64,000 bases of DNA from Nitrospirota bacterium (GCA_963790025.1 CAWBMP010000004.1:672001-736000); one strand, 5' to 3'. Positions 40,648 through 50,120 are shown, counted from the first letter of the stretch. A program made the numbers and translations. The notes: generated from the letters alone by a model not told the origin.

Positions 40648-41028
40648 TTATCCATTACCCTTTGTCTTCTTGCTTTTCGCGGAACTGGAAAGATATGATC
40701 TCGAAGGGCTCCAGTTAAAAAATGCGTTCCGCCCGTCAATCCTGCTGCATACTTTGATCCCTGTTGAAGCGGCCGAGACAAGGGTGCATATAACAGGCGC
40801 CATCCATGAGATAAAGAATACTCCTATCCCAAAGAGCGGCAGGAACATCACATACATCATCCCGAAGAGAGGCGCGATGACGAGAAGTGCCACAGATGAT
40901 ATCTTCAGGTAGCGGGTATCTTTATTACCGGGCAGCAAGCCGTCCTCCCGCACATTGATTCTCCCGCCGTCCACAGGGTCCCAATACAGTCCCTTTTCTA
41001 CAACCATTCCACCCTTATACATGACCAT
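40648..41028 (-). CDS. Hypothetical membrane protein
   Basis: GG..VEKGLYW...APLFGMMYVMFLP...FNWSPSRSYLS. Confidence 0.75.
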   Translation of the reverse strand: MVMYKGGMVVEKGLYWDPVDGGRINVREDGLLPGNKDTRYLKISSVALLVIAPLFGMMYVMFLPLFGIGVFFISWMAPVICTLVSAASTGIKVCSRIDGRNAFFNWSPSRSYLSSSAKSKKTKGNG

Positions 41029-41070
41029 TTCAGCACCTCTCCTTGGAATCTGAAGCGTTTACAGGCGTTT

Positions 41071-41457
41071 TCACTCGTTTTCCTTCTTTTCGTCTTCCGG
41101 CGATCCCTTTTTACTTCTCTTCTTCATCTTTTTCCCGGGCATGTATGCCGTAGTGGGCGTATACCCGAACGTAGCTGTCCTGCCGAACAGGTCCCTTATG
41201 AGACTGAAACAAGCTATTCCCGCCACACAGAGCGCCCCGATCAGGGCGACTGCCCAGGCAAAAACAACCAACCCCATACCGTAAGGAAATGCAACAGAGA
41301 GCGCGAACCCAAAAATTCCCAGAATAATAAGCGCCGTCCGTCCGGACATCAAACCATTTTTTTTGATAGTCTTCATATGCTCCTCCTCCTGCAATCTATC
41401 GCCGCTGGTAAAGAATGCCATCCCCTCTTTGTCCAACTGCTGGCTGAGTGTAATCAT
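41071..41457 (-). CDS. Hypothetical membrane protein (alternative start at 41376)
   Basis: Two TM segments; TFGYTPTTAYMPGKK; AGGAGG RBS before both candidate ATGs. Confidence 0.7.
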   Translation of the reverse strand: MITLSQQLDKEGMAFFTSGDRLQEEEHMKTIKKNGLMSGRTALIILGIFGFALSVAFPYGMGLVVFAWAVALIGALCVAGIACFSLIRDLFGRTATFGYTPTTAYMPGKKMKKRSKKGSPEDEKKENE

Positions 41458-41518
41458 TGTCCAGTCCTCCTTTGGGTTTTCTTAAGTTTATGATAACACC
41501 CTGAACAAGTAATGAAAA

Positions 41519-41578
41519 TCGGGGGTCTTTCCTATATTCATAGGAAAATATTCCTACTCTGACAAGAAAATTATCCTA
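41519..41578 (-). promoter_or_regulatory. Phased operator array (three sites, 22-bp period)
   Basis: Minus strand TAGGATAATTTTCTTG, TAGGAATATTTTCCTA, TAGGAAAGACCCCCGA. Confidence 0.7.
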
Positions 41579-41596
41579 CCGGCTTAAAAACAGGTA

Positions 41597-41699
41597 AGGC
41601 AAAGGTAGAGGTAAAGAAAAGATGCAGAAAAGGTACAGGCAAAAACATATCAGAGGTTCAGGGCGAGTCTTTCCTCGACCTTTACCTCTACCTTTGCCT
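41597..41699. repeat. Hexamer-based inverted repeat with perfect 20-bp arms
   Basis: aggcaaaggtagaggtaaag (41597-41616) / ctttacctctacctttgcct (41680-41699). Confidence 0.85.
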
Positions 41700-41703
41700 G
41701 TCT

Positions 41704-42234
41704 CTACTGGATCATGCTTTCTGCTATTCTGATCAACTCAAAAGGGGAGGACATAAAAAGGACAGTACAATAAAGGTCGCGGTCGGACCACGATATTCTG
41801 CTGCACGGCTTAACGTTATCGCATGTACCGACCTGAAGACGGGCAATTTTTCCTTTAAGCCGGTAGGGGATATCTTCTTTCACTTCGGACAGCCTGATTC
41901 TCTGAAGTTGGGATTCGCTGCCGCTCAGGGACGATTGGATAACGATCAACATCGTGTCCGTTGATCTTGTTTCCTTGAATTCAAGCACCAATGCCCTGTA
42001 TGGTTTCTTCTGTGCGAATATAAATGACGGAGGCCAGGATAAGCCTTCGGGAAAATACCGGGGGACAAGGATATTATCGAATCCGAGCGACTGTTTTACC
42101 TCCTCCACGGAGTTGTATTGCCGTGCAAAACCTTTCTGCATCAGTGAGGGCAGACGGTTCACCCCGGCCAAAATGGCCACAATTCCCCCTGCTATTATAG
42201 TGACATAAAGCAGTCCACGCACTGTTTTACTCAT
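41704..42234 (-). CDS. Hypothetical membrane-anchored periplasmic protein
   Basis: N-terminal TM; VPRYFPEGLSWPP; ends ELIRIAESM. Confidence 0.75.
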   Translation of the reverse strand: MSKTVRGLLYVTIIAGGIVAILAGVNRLPSLMQKGFARQYNSVEEVKQSLGFDNILVPRYFPEGLSWPPSFIFAQKKPYRALVLEFKETRSTDTMLIVIQSSLSGSESQLQRIRLSEVKEDIPYRLKGKIARLQVGTCDNVKPCSRISWSDRDLYCTVLFMSSPFELIRIAESMIQ

Positions 42235-42296
42235 ATCAACTCCTAATGTTCCGCGCATAAATAACTTGAACATTCATGCACAGACCCTGATGTCAC

Positions 42297-43310
42297 TTAT
42301 ACAACGAAGTAATTCATGGCTATTATAAGCCCAATGGTTATAAAAAAGGGGAACCCCCAGTGGGGTTCGTCCTGCATGCGCTGCCCGAGCCGCTGGACCC
42401 TGCTTTTCAAAGTCAGATCGAGGCTGTATTGTTCAAATGCCGATGCGAAGTCCCGAACGCCTTTGTTATGCGTGTCAAGGCTGTATTCTTCGGGCTCCGG
42501 ACGAAGCATATTTACCGCGCCGATCACGGCATCCGGCTTTCCGGTAAGGGCAACTGCAATATCATCACAGACTTCTTCCTCCTCCTGGGCCAGTTTTCTG
42601 AACTCAATCATTGCGACAGGATTGTAAAACATAAGCATTCTGAGCATATATGCAAGGATAAGTATCGGTTTCCTGCTCCTCTGGATATGGCCTATTTCGT
42701 GTGCCAATGCGGCCTTCAAATATTCGGTGCTGAATGATTCTATGAGCCCGGTTGAAATAAAGATCCTCGGATTCAGTCCGGTATTGGAATAAAGTGCAAG
42801 GTCTTCGTCGTTAATAATGCCGACACGCCCCTTTTCAAACGGCAGGCCCTTCATGGCTTCCGATAATTTCTCAAGTACAGACACATCAGGCTCTTCAGCA
42901 ACTGTCTCATCGGCTGCGCGCATTTGCCCCAGTTGGTGGACAATTATTGGCACCAGTTCCTGCAGGACAAATACTATGGAGGTGAGCGCCGGTATCACAA
43001 GCAACGCCTTAAACACCGGGGTGCCCCAGATTTCGAGGAAGAGCCATTTATTGCTGTCCAACAGGCTCTCAAGCCGGAAATAAACATCGCCTCTTCCGGG
43101 AAACAGGAACTGGTAGAGGGGAAAAGACGCAACCGGCAAAAAAATGACCATGAAACGGAAGCGCTGCTTCACGCGCGGCGTTCTTAATTCCCAGGCCTTG
43201 AATGCGCAGGCAACGAGCGCAGAGGCTATTACCGAATGAAGCAGCATTTGAACAGCATACATTCCCCAGTACGAGGAAGTGAGCGAACTCATGTCCCAAA
43301 AGGTTTTCAA
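42297..43310 (-). CDS. M56/M48 family membrane zinc metallopeptidase
   Basis: IFISTGL, ALAHEIGHIQR, FYNP, EEVCDDIAV. Confidence 0.85.
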   Translation of the reverse strand: MKTFWDMSSLTSSYWGMYAVQMLLHSVIASALVACAFKAWELRTPRVKQRFRFMVIFLPVASFPLYQFLFPGRGDVYFRLESLLDSNKWLFLEIWGTPVFKALLVIPALTSIVFVLQELVPIIVHQLGQMRAADETVAEEPDVSVLEKLSEAMKGLPFEKGRVGIINDEDLALYSNTGLNPRIFISTGLIESFSTEYLKAALAHEIGHIQRSRKPILILAYMLRMLMFYNPVAMIEFRKLAQEEEEVCDDIAVALTGKPDAVIGAVNMLRPEPEEYSLDTHNKGVRDFASAFEQYSLDLTLKSRVQRLGQRMQDEPHWGFPFFITIGLIIAMNYFVV

Positions 43311-43402
43311 TGAATAAGTTTAGCAGTTCTTTTTAATCAGATTCTACTTTTTTCGGGTGAGGCCGGATTCTTTCTCAAAGAACGCAGAGGGAGACGTGTA
43401 TT

Positions 43403-43499
43403 TAGGAGTGTTGTTAAAAACTCGGATGGGTGAGATCTGTCATTCCGGACAAGCCGGAATGACAGACCCATTACAGATATTTCTGAGCCACTATACTAG
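43403..43499. repeat. REP/MITE-like palindromic element
   Basis: Perfect 13-bp hairpin tctgtcattccgg-acaag-ccggaatgacaga inside taggagtg...cactatactag ends. Confidence 0.65.
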
Positions 43500-43507
43500 T
43501 TCATATT

Positions 43508-43888
43508 TTAGTGGCTGCAACCACCACCCTCACTGTGTCCGGCGCATGTATGCTGCATTGTAAATTGCGGAAGTGCCTGGGTGTTGAACAATTTGACATT
43601 TTCCCGCACTGTCGGTTTCTCTGCCCGGAACACTTTTATTCCGTTCTGATTAAGTTTCATCAGGGCGCCCCCGCCAATGCCTGCCACAATAATTCCATCG
43701 ACAGTCTCTCCGTTCAACGCCATAACGGGATTACATGCCCCGTGCTCATGTATCTGGTTCTTATTGATTATTGAACTTACCTCACTCTTCTCAGTGTCAA
43801 CGACAATAAAAAGTGGAGCCGAACCGAAATGGCCGTAAACCTCACTATTCATTCCATTATTCTCTAATACAGGAAAACAAAGTCTCAT
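43508..43888 (-). CDS. NifB/NifX family Mo-Fe cluster-binding protein
   Basis: GHFGSAPLF, HGACNP, GIGGGA, C-terminal CAGH...CSH. Confidence 0.9.
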   Translation of the reverse strand: MRLCFPVLENNGMNSEVYGHFGSAPLFIVVDTEKSEVSSIINKNQIHEHGACNPVMALNGETVDGIIVAGIGGGALMKLNQNGIKVFRAEKPTVRENVKLFNTQALPQFTMQHTCAGHSEGGGCSH

Positions 43889-44001
43889 CGCTTATACCTC
43901 CATTTTTTTATAACAAACATATGCTCATTATACCTCCGGTGATAATACCATGTCAAATAGCTATTCTTGATATGTTAAAGAACATAGACATATAATAAAG
44001 C

Positions 44002-44322
44002 GTGCCAAGGCCCAAAAAGTGCAGACATATAAAATGCAAAATAAACGCTTACTACTTCAAGCCGAGGGGTATTCCTCTTGTCGACCTGGAGGACGTTGTT
44101 CTTAGTTTTGATGAACTGGAAGCGATCAGGCTTGCAGATCACAAGGGACTTTATCACGTTGAGGCGGCCGCTGAGATGAAGGTTTCGCGGGCTACTTTTG
44201 GAAGGATCCTCAAACAGGGACGAAAAAAAGTGGCTGAAGCTCTTATTATGGGGAAGGCCCTGAAGATAGATACTGCGCCAGACTTAAAATCCACGAGGAT
44301 GAGCAGTGATAAAAAAAGTTAA
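44002..44322 (+). CDS. DUF134 family DNA-binding protein
   Basis: MPRPKKCR...FKPRG...DELEAIRLAD...MKVSRATFGRIL. Confidence 0.92.
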   Translation: MPRPKKCRHIKCKINAYYFKPRGIPLVDLEDVVLSFDELEAIRLADHKGLYHVEAAAEMKVSRATFGRILKQGRKKVAEALIMGKALKIDTAPDLKSTRMSSDKKS

Positions 44323-44737
44323 TTCCGGCAGCGGTGATACCGACAGGGAGAACAAGCCGCTTTATCCAATAGGTATTGTCGCAGAGTTGATAGGCATTAC
44401 AGAGCAGACCTTGAGGCTTTATGAAAAGCACGGCCTTATCAGACCTGCCAGACGCAATAATAGGCGTCACTATTCAGATAATGATATCAAATGGCTCAGA
44501 TGTGTCAGAGATTTAATACATATCCAAAAAGTAAGCATTGAAGGGATAAAAAAACTGCTCGGCTATGCCCCGTGCTGGCAAATCACAGAGTGCCCGGAGG
44601 AGAAAAGGACCAAATGCACTGCCCATATAAATAAATCCAGGCCGTGCTGGGAGCTTAACAAGACAATATGCAATAAGAAGTCGGGCAAGCTCTGCAAGGA
44701 ATGCGTCGTCTATCTCGCCAGAAACGAAAAAAAATAA
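44306..44737 (+). CDS. MerR family regulator with C-terminal two-CW Cys-rich domain
   Basis: YPIGIVAELI...TLRLYEKHGL; CWQITEC...C...PCWE...C...CKEC. Confidence 0.88.
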   Translation: MIKKVNSGSGDTDRENKPLYPIGIVAELIGITEQTLRLYEKHGLIRPARRNNRRHYSDNDIKWLRCVRDLIHIQKVSIEGIKKLLGYAPCWQITECPEEKRTKCTAHINKSRPCWELNKTICNKKSGKLCKECVVYLARNEKK

Positions 44738-44885
44738 GGATTGCGAGGCCGAAAAACCACTTCTGCCTGAATTTAAGTTGTAATTTATAAATGAGTTGAT
44801 AATTGTAATTTTAACGTGTTATATTGTGCAATTGAAGCCAAAACAATAATTGTTCAAATCAATATTGAGAGGAGGGTTAAGATTT

Positions 44886-45740
44886 ATGCAAGACGAAAAG
44901 ACGTGTGAAGAAAACATTTCAAGAAGAGGTCTGATCAAAACTATTGGAGTCGGGGGCCTCGCTATCGCAGCTTCGGGAGCGCTGGGACTTTTGTCTAAAG
45001 CAGAAGCCGCCAGGAATAAATCCTCGAAGGTTCCATGGCCATACAAGGTCTTGAGTGATGCGGAGATCAAACAGGCTGGTGAGCGCGCTTATAACAACTG
45101 GTTCAAGGGTTTTTGCGCGTATGCAGCTGTAAGCGGGATAGTCGAGACGCTTGCTGAAAAAGTCGGCGGACCGTACAAGACTTTCCCCATGCAGTCCGTT
45201 ATGTTCGCTCATGGTGGAACAGCCGGCTGGGGCTGCACATGCGGAACATTAATCGGGGCCGGGGTCGGGGCTTCCCTTGTGGTGCCTTTCAGGGAAGTTG
45301 AAGAATTGGTAAACGAGGTTATGTACTATTACGCCGAAACAGCGCTTCCGACTTTTGTTCCTGCCAAACCTGTAGCATATAAAGAGCCTCTTAAGGCAAC
45401 AAGCACAGCCAATTCCACCCTCTGCCACGTATCTGTCGGCAAATGGATGAAGGCTGAAGGGATTGCTGAAGGCACAGGTCCGGAAAGTGTTGGGTTTCTG
45501 AGCCTCCAGCAGATGGACAGGTGCGCCAGGATGGCAGCTGATATGTCCATGAAAACGCTCGAACTCCTGAATCAATGGAAGGAAGGTAAATTCGAGGCTA
45601 AGAATGAAGCTCCATCTTCTGCTAACCATATACCGTCTCAGAATAACTGTACTGATTGCCACCACGATACTGTGCCGACACCAGGGCCGTTCGGCAAAGG
45701 AGTGGGCATACTCAAAGGCAGGTATGGAGTCGGACTCTGA
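44886..45740 (+). CDS. Tat-exported split-Soret cytochrome c-like (C-GCAxxG-C-C family) protein
   Basis: SRRGL Tat motif; FCAYA, GCTCG, LCHVSVGKW, DRCAR; C-terminal CTDCH. Confidence 0.85.
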   Translation: MQDEKTCEENISRRGLIKTIGVGGLAIAASGALGLLSKAEAARNKSSKVPWPYKVLSDAEIKQAGERAYNNWFKGFCAYAAVSGIVETLAEKVGGPYKTFPMQSVMFAHGGTAGWGCTCGTLIGAGVGASLVVPFREVEELVNEVMYYYAETALPTFVPAKPVAYKEPLKATSTANSTLCHVSVGKWMKAEGIAEGTGPESVGFLSLQQMDRCARMAADMSMKTLELLNQWKEGKFEAKNEAPSSANHIPSQNNCTDCHHDTVPTPGPFGKGVGILKGRYGVGL

Positions 45741-45829
45741 AATAAAAATTGCGGCGCTGCGACTATGCCTTTTCCGTAGAAAGGGTGTATATTGAAAACA
45801 TTTATTTAAATTGAAAGGAGGTGAAAAGA

Positions 45830-46084
45830 ATGAAGAAGATTCTGGCAACCGCTGTATCCTTTATTTTTGTTCTCGGTCTTGCTTCCTTCGGTTTTGCTGC
45901 TGAACTGAAGTGCGACAAATGTCACAAAGGTGAGAAAGCAATAGACAAAATAGTGGCTAAGAACAAAATTGCTACCGCCGCTGATCTTCAAAAGGTTTTA
46001 AGAGAAGGGCCTAAAAAAGCCATGCACAAGTCATTAAAGGATGAAGACATTAAAGCTGCCGCTGATACTCTTAAACTGAAATAG
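45830..46084 (+). CDS. Small monoheme cytochrome c
   Basis: Signal peptide, CDKCH, distal Met candidate (AMH), LKDEDIKAA. Confidence 0.85.
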   Translation: MKKILATAVSFIFVLGLASFGFAAELKCDKCHKGEKAIDKIVAKNKIATAADLQKVLREGPKKAMHKSLKDEDIKAAADTLKLK

Positions 46085-46096
46085 GACTATTGAAAC

Positions 46097-46135
46097 AATA
46101 AGGGGTGGACGGCAACAAGCCGTCCACCCCTTATT
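46097..46135. terminator. Bidirectional intrinsic terminator
   Basis: aataaggggtggacggc-aacaa-gccgtccaccccttatt between convergent genes. Confidence 0.9.
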
Positions 46136-46149
46136 TTAATTTGTCTTTA

Positions 46150-47082
46150 TTACTTTAGAAACAAAAGCGCAAACCCGACAATTCTGATGGTCCATTCTAA
46201 TATTGTTCCAGCAGAAAGCCCTTTTTTCTTATCTTCTTTATTGTCCTCTTTCCCGGCATTTTCCACTTTCGAAACATATGCAGCCGCAGTGTCCTGTGAC
46301 GTATCTGCCGGTGCCGCTTTCACTTCTGATTCTGTTGTGTATGGTGAAACCAAAGGTGAATGAGAAGATGAAGAATAAGAAATGGAGTTCTTGTTTTCAA
46401 CAGGTTTGCTTGCAATAGAGTGTTCGAAATTTACTTGTGCAGGGACAGCAGAAGGCACAGAAATACTTTCCGAATGGGTTAAAGCCGGAGTTTCGGTAGC
46501 AGCTCCACCTTCGTGAATTGTTTTTGCCACATCTTCTGTTGCAGGGGCTGTCTGTATTGCTTTTGGCGCAACTGTTGATGCAATGGGTCTCTCGACTCTG
46601 GCTAAAAGCATTCTATTTTCCGCGGAATGTCCTTTGACTGTCCTGGAAACAGGATGAACAGTTCTCCGTACAGTTCTGAGTTTCCTGACATATGATTCGT
46701 CAACCGGCGACTCAGGCTTTGGCTTTGTAATTCCCTCAGGCGTCGAATCTTTGCCGGACTCAGTCTTGTCGCTGTTGCCGGATACCGCTACGGCGAGTTG
46801 CGGATCCAAAACTGCTGCTTCCCGCAACTGCTCCCGGTATGGCGTAACAGGATCAGTCGTAAAAGGTCGAGTGACCGCCTCCGCAATGGCAACCTCAAGT
46901 GGAGAAATCCTGATAAGTGGAGTAACCTGCATTGGCCGTGTGTCGTTGCTTTGAATTAATCTGATCGCTGCCGAAGCAATAAAACCGCTGATTATAAGCG
47001 CACCCAAAAAAATGCGGACATAACTGGACATCCCATTCCCTTCGATTTCGTTATATTTGTCCCTTGCAGCCGCTAAACTCAT
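46150..47082 (-). CDS. Hypothetical low-complexity protein with N- and C-terminal TM segments
   Basis: 310-aa ORF rich in S/T/P/A/E; sigma54 promoter upstream. Confidence 0.7.
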   Translation of the reverse strand: MSLAAARDKYNEIEGNGMSSYVRIFLGALIISGFIASAAIRLIQSNDTRPMQVTPLIRISPLEVAIAEAVTRPFTTDPVTPYREQLREAAVLDPQLAVAVSGNSDKTESGKDSTPEGITKPKPESPVDESYVRKLRTVRRTVHPVSRTVKGHSAENRMLLARVERPIASTVAPKAIQTAPATEDVAKTIHEGGAATETPALTHSESISVPSAVPAQVNFEHSIASKPVENKNSISYSSSSHSPLVSPYTTESEVKAAPADTSQDTAAAYVSKVENAGKEDNKEDKKKGLSAGTILEWTIRIVGFALLFLK

Positions 47083-47152
47083 ATCTCATTCCACCTTTTG
47101 CGTTACCGTATGTTTTAAAATAAATTCCAACAGATGCGCATAATGCTTAATA

Positions 47153-47168
47153 AGCAAGTCCCATGCCA
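47153..47168 (-). promoter_or_regulatory. Sigma54 promoter
   Basis: TGGCATGGGACTTGCT on the minus strand, about 70 nt upstream of the 47082 ATG. Confidence 0.75.
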
Positions 47169-47395
47169 CCAAACGAATAATCCAAGCCATTGAAGTCTAA
47201 TAGCATTTTAAAAGTCAGGTCTGTTTTTCGTCTTTTCACGGCAATATCGGCAAAAAATTCCCGGTCAAAAAATTTCCTATTGTAATGGGCCGGCATTTTT
47301 CAGGCAAGACGATTAATCACCGCTCTCTCCTTTCTGCTATAATCCGATGAGAACAACGCAGAACATTGCGATTAACAACTGGAGGGCAACCTTTG

Positions 47396-47656
47396 ATGCA
47401 TACCGACGAATACGAGATATCCCTTTACCGGGAGCTTGAGGTCTGCAGGAAAAGAATACAAAAGATCGAAAAAAACCTCTCCAGGTTTGAGAGCTACTAT
47501 ACGCTAACCACCAAAATGTTTGTCGAAAAATATAAGAGCGGGGAGATTGGGACCAGCAAGGATTTTACGCTCTGGAATGAGAACTATGAGGGCTTGAAAC
47601 GCTGGACACAACTCAGAAGGCAATACGAGGAAATGTTCCACCTAATGAAAATCTGA
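47396..47656 (+). CDS. Small hypothetical coiled-coil protein
   Basis: MHTDEYEISLYREL...FE..Y...T..F...DF..W; GGAGG RBS. Confidence 0.7.
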   Translation: MHTDEYEISLYRELEVCRKRIQKIEKNLSRFESYYTLTTKMFVEKYKSGEIGTSKDFTLWNENYEGLKRWTQLRRQYEEMFHLMKI

Positions 47657-47675
47657 CGGCCCGTTTGACGGAATT

Positions 47676-47751
47676 AAAAAAAGCGGGCCTGAAATTCTAC
47701 TGAATCTCAGACCCCGTGGTTAAGTTCCGCAACTGAGGGCTTGCCCTCACA
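47676..47751 (-). ncRNA. Candidate small RNA with its own promoter and terminator
   Basis: TTGACT-18-TATATT (47757-47786), then hairpin TGAGGGC-AA-GCCCTCA, a linker, and GGGTCTGAGATTC-AGTA-GAATTTCAGGCCC followed by GC-T7. Confidence 0.55.
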
Positions 47752-47821
47752 CTTTCAATATAGTGCTTACCCCTGAAAAAAGTCAATCCGAGGAAAAAAT
47801 AGGTTAGAGGTCAAACCGTTT

Positions 47822-49330
47822 CTACAGTTGTTTTTTTCTTGCGGCAAGCTTGTTTAACGCCATGATATAGGCCCTTGCAGCGGCAACAATAATATCGGTA
47901 TCGGCGCCGTTTCCCCGGGCGGTTATACCGTCCTCTTCCAGCGATACGGTTACTTCCCCAAGTGCATCGGTCCCACCCGTGATGCCTTTGACCTCAAATT
48001 TCAATAAATTACTCTTTGTCTGTGTAAGGGCGGCAATCGCCTTATAGGCAGCATCCACCGGGCCGTCGCCGTGCTCCACCGCCTCGACAACAACACCGCT
48101 CATTTTCAGTTTCAGCGACGCGGTCGGCTTGGCGCTCGTGCCGCTGGTGATCGAGAGGTCCACCAGGCTGTAAATTTCAGGGGTCCTGGACACCTCTTCG
48201 GAGACAAGGGCTTCAATATCCTCATCGAAAATATTCTTCTTCTGGTCTGCCAGGTGCTTGAATTTCTTAAAAGCTGTTTCCACCTCTTCGTTAGTAAGTT
48301 CGTACCCGAGCTCGCTCAGCCTTGCTTTAAACGCATGCCTTCCAGAGTGTTTTCCGAGTATGAGTTCAGTGCGGTAAAGGCCGATATCTTCGGGCCGGAT
48401 TATCTCATAGGTCACCTTTTCTTTAAGAAGGCCGTCCTGATGAATGCCAGATTCATGGGCAAATGCATTGGCACCTACTATAGCCTTATTCGGCTGCACC
48501 GGTATTCCGGTTATCCTTGTGACCAGCCTGCTGGTGCGGATTATTTCCTTTGTATTGACGTTGGTTGAGGCCTGATAGAAATCTTTACGGGTTGCAAGGT
48601 TCATAACGACCTCTTCCATGGAACAATTGCCTGCACGCTCTCCAATCCCATTTACTGTACACTCTACCTGCCCAGCTCCGTTTATAATTGCGGCAAGCGA
48701 GTTTGCCACAGCAAGCCCCAAATCGTTATGACAGTGGACCGAGATCACAGCTTTATCGCCTATTCGTTCCTTAATTGTCTTGATAAGAGCGCCGAATTCG
48801 TAAGGCGTTGTGTACCCCACCGTATCCGGTATATTAACAGTGGAGGCCCCGGCTTCGATGACGGCCTCTACCACTTCCAGGAGGTATGGGATATCCGTTC
48901 TCGTTGCATCCATAGGAGAGAATTCGACATCATCAACAAGGCCTTTTGCAAGCATGACCATCTCGGCCGACCTCTTCAGTGCTTCTTCACGGCTAACGCG
49001 GAACTGGTATTTCAGATGTATGTCAGAAGTAGAGTGAAATGTATGAATTCGCCGCTGAGGCGCCTCCCTGACAGCTTCCCAGGCCCTTTTGATGTCCTCT
49101 TCTCTGGCCCTTGCAAGCCCGGCAATAGTTGCGCCCCTCACCTCTGCCGCAATCCTCCGCACCGCCTCAAAATCCCCCGGTGATGCGATAGGAAAGCCAG
49201 CCTCTATAATGTCCACACCCAGTTTAACCAGTTGCCGGGCCATCTGCAGCTTCTCTTCGATGTTCATGGAGGCGCCTGGCGACTGCTCGCCGTCTCTCAG
49301 TGTCGTATCAAATATCTTAATAGTTCTCAT
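47822..49330 (-). CDS. leuA: 2-isopropylmalate synthase
   Basis: [45 protein letters not shown]. Confidence 0.97.
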   Translation of the reverse strand: MRTIKIFDTTLRDGEQSPGASMNIEEKLQMARQLVKLGVDIIEAGFPIASPGDFEAVRRIAAEVRGATIAGLARAREEDIKRAWEAVREAPQRRIHTFHSTSDIHLKYQFRVSREEALKRSAEMVMLAKGLVDDVEFSPMDATRTDIPYLLEVVEAVIEAGASTVNIPDTVGYTTPYEFGALIKTIKERIGDKAVISVHCHNDLGLAVANSLAAIINGAGQVECTVNGIGERAGNCSMEEVVMNLATRKDFYQASTNVNTKEIIRTSRLVTRITGIPVQPNKAIVGANAFAHESGIHQDGLLKEKVTYEIIRPEDIGLYRTELILGKHSGRHAFKARLSELGYELTNEEVETAFKKFKHLADQKKNIFDEDIEALVSEEVSRTPEIYSLVDLSITSGTSAKPTASLKLKMSGVVVEAVEHGDGPVDAAYKAIAALTQTKSNLLKFEVKGITGGTDALGEVTVSLEEDGITARGNGADTDIIVAAARAYIMALNKLAARKKQL

Positions 49331-50120
49331 GTGTGTTGTCTCGCTGTTCATCAGGAATTTGCTGCTGTGCAGCAAGCTTCATTCTCCTTCGTCTCATAAG
49401 AATATATACATTCTCAATTATACCCCAGACAAGGTATGACATTGCAAAAATAAATATCGCCGTGGGTGGATGAATGAGCAGGATAAAAAGTATCAAAACA
49501 AAAATTATCAGGAACCAAAACGGTTTCTTTTCCCTGAAGTCTATTTCCTTCAAGCCGTGATGTTTGAGCGTGCTCACCATAAGCAAAGATAGGACGATCG
49601 TTATCGCCGGGAAAAAAGCATTCTTCACAGGCAAGCCTTCCCAGAACTCGTAGTAGAATATGATAATAGAGGATAAAATAGTGGCAGCTGCCGGTATCGG
49701 CATTCCTTTGAAAGACTTTGAACCCGGGACCCCTGTCTGTACATTAAAGCGCGCCAACCTCAAGGCCCCACAAGCTACGAACAAAAAAGCTGCAGCCCAC
49801 CCAAGCCTGCCGAAGGGCCCGAGCGCCCACTTATACATCATAATGGAGGGGGCGACGCCGAATGCCACTAGATCGGACAACGAATCCAGCTCTATCCCAA
49901 ACCGAGTCGAGGTATTGGTGAGACGTGCGATCCAGCCGTCAAGCCCATCGAATATATTGGCGACCACTATGGCCCAGGCTGCGTAAATAAAGTTGCCGTT
50001 GATTGCAGACATAATTGCAAAAAAACCGCTGAACATGCCGCAAAGGGTCAGCGTATTCGGCAACAGATAAACACCTTTCTTCGGTTTTTTCCCGTTTACG
50101 TCAGGACATTCATTTGTCAT
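49317..50120 (-). CDS. pssA: CDP-diacylglycerol--serine O-phosphatidyltransferase
   Basis: LPNTLT, DGLDGWIAR, LDSLSDLVAFGVAP, LRLARFN. Confidence 0.93.
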   Translation of the reverse strand: MTNECPDVNGKKPKKGVYLLPNTLTLCGMFSGFFAIMSAINGNFIYAAWAIVVANIFDGLDGWIARLTNTSTRFGIELDSLSDLVAFGVAPSIMMYKWALGPFGRLGWAAAFLFVACGALRLARFNVQTGVPGSKSFKGMPIPAAATILSSIIIFYYEFWEGLPVKNAFFPAITIVLSLLMVSTLKHHGLKEIDFREKKPFWFLIIFVLILFILLIHPPTAIFIFAMSYLVWGIIENVYILMRRRRMKLAAQQQIPDEQRDNTHENY

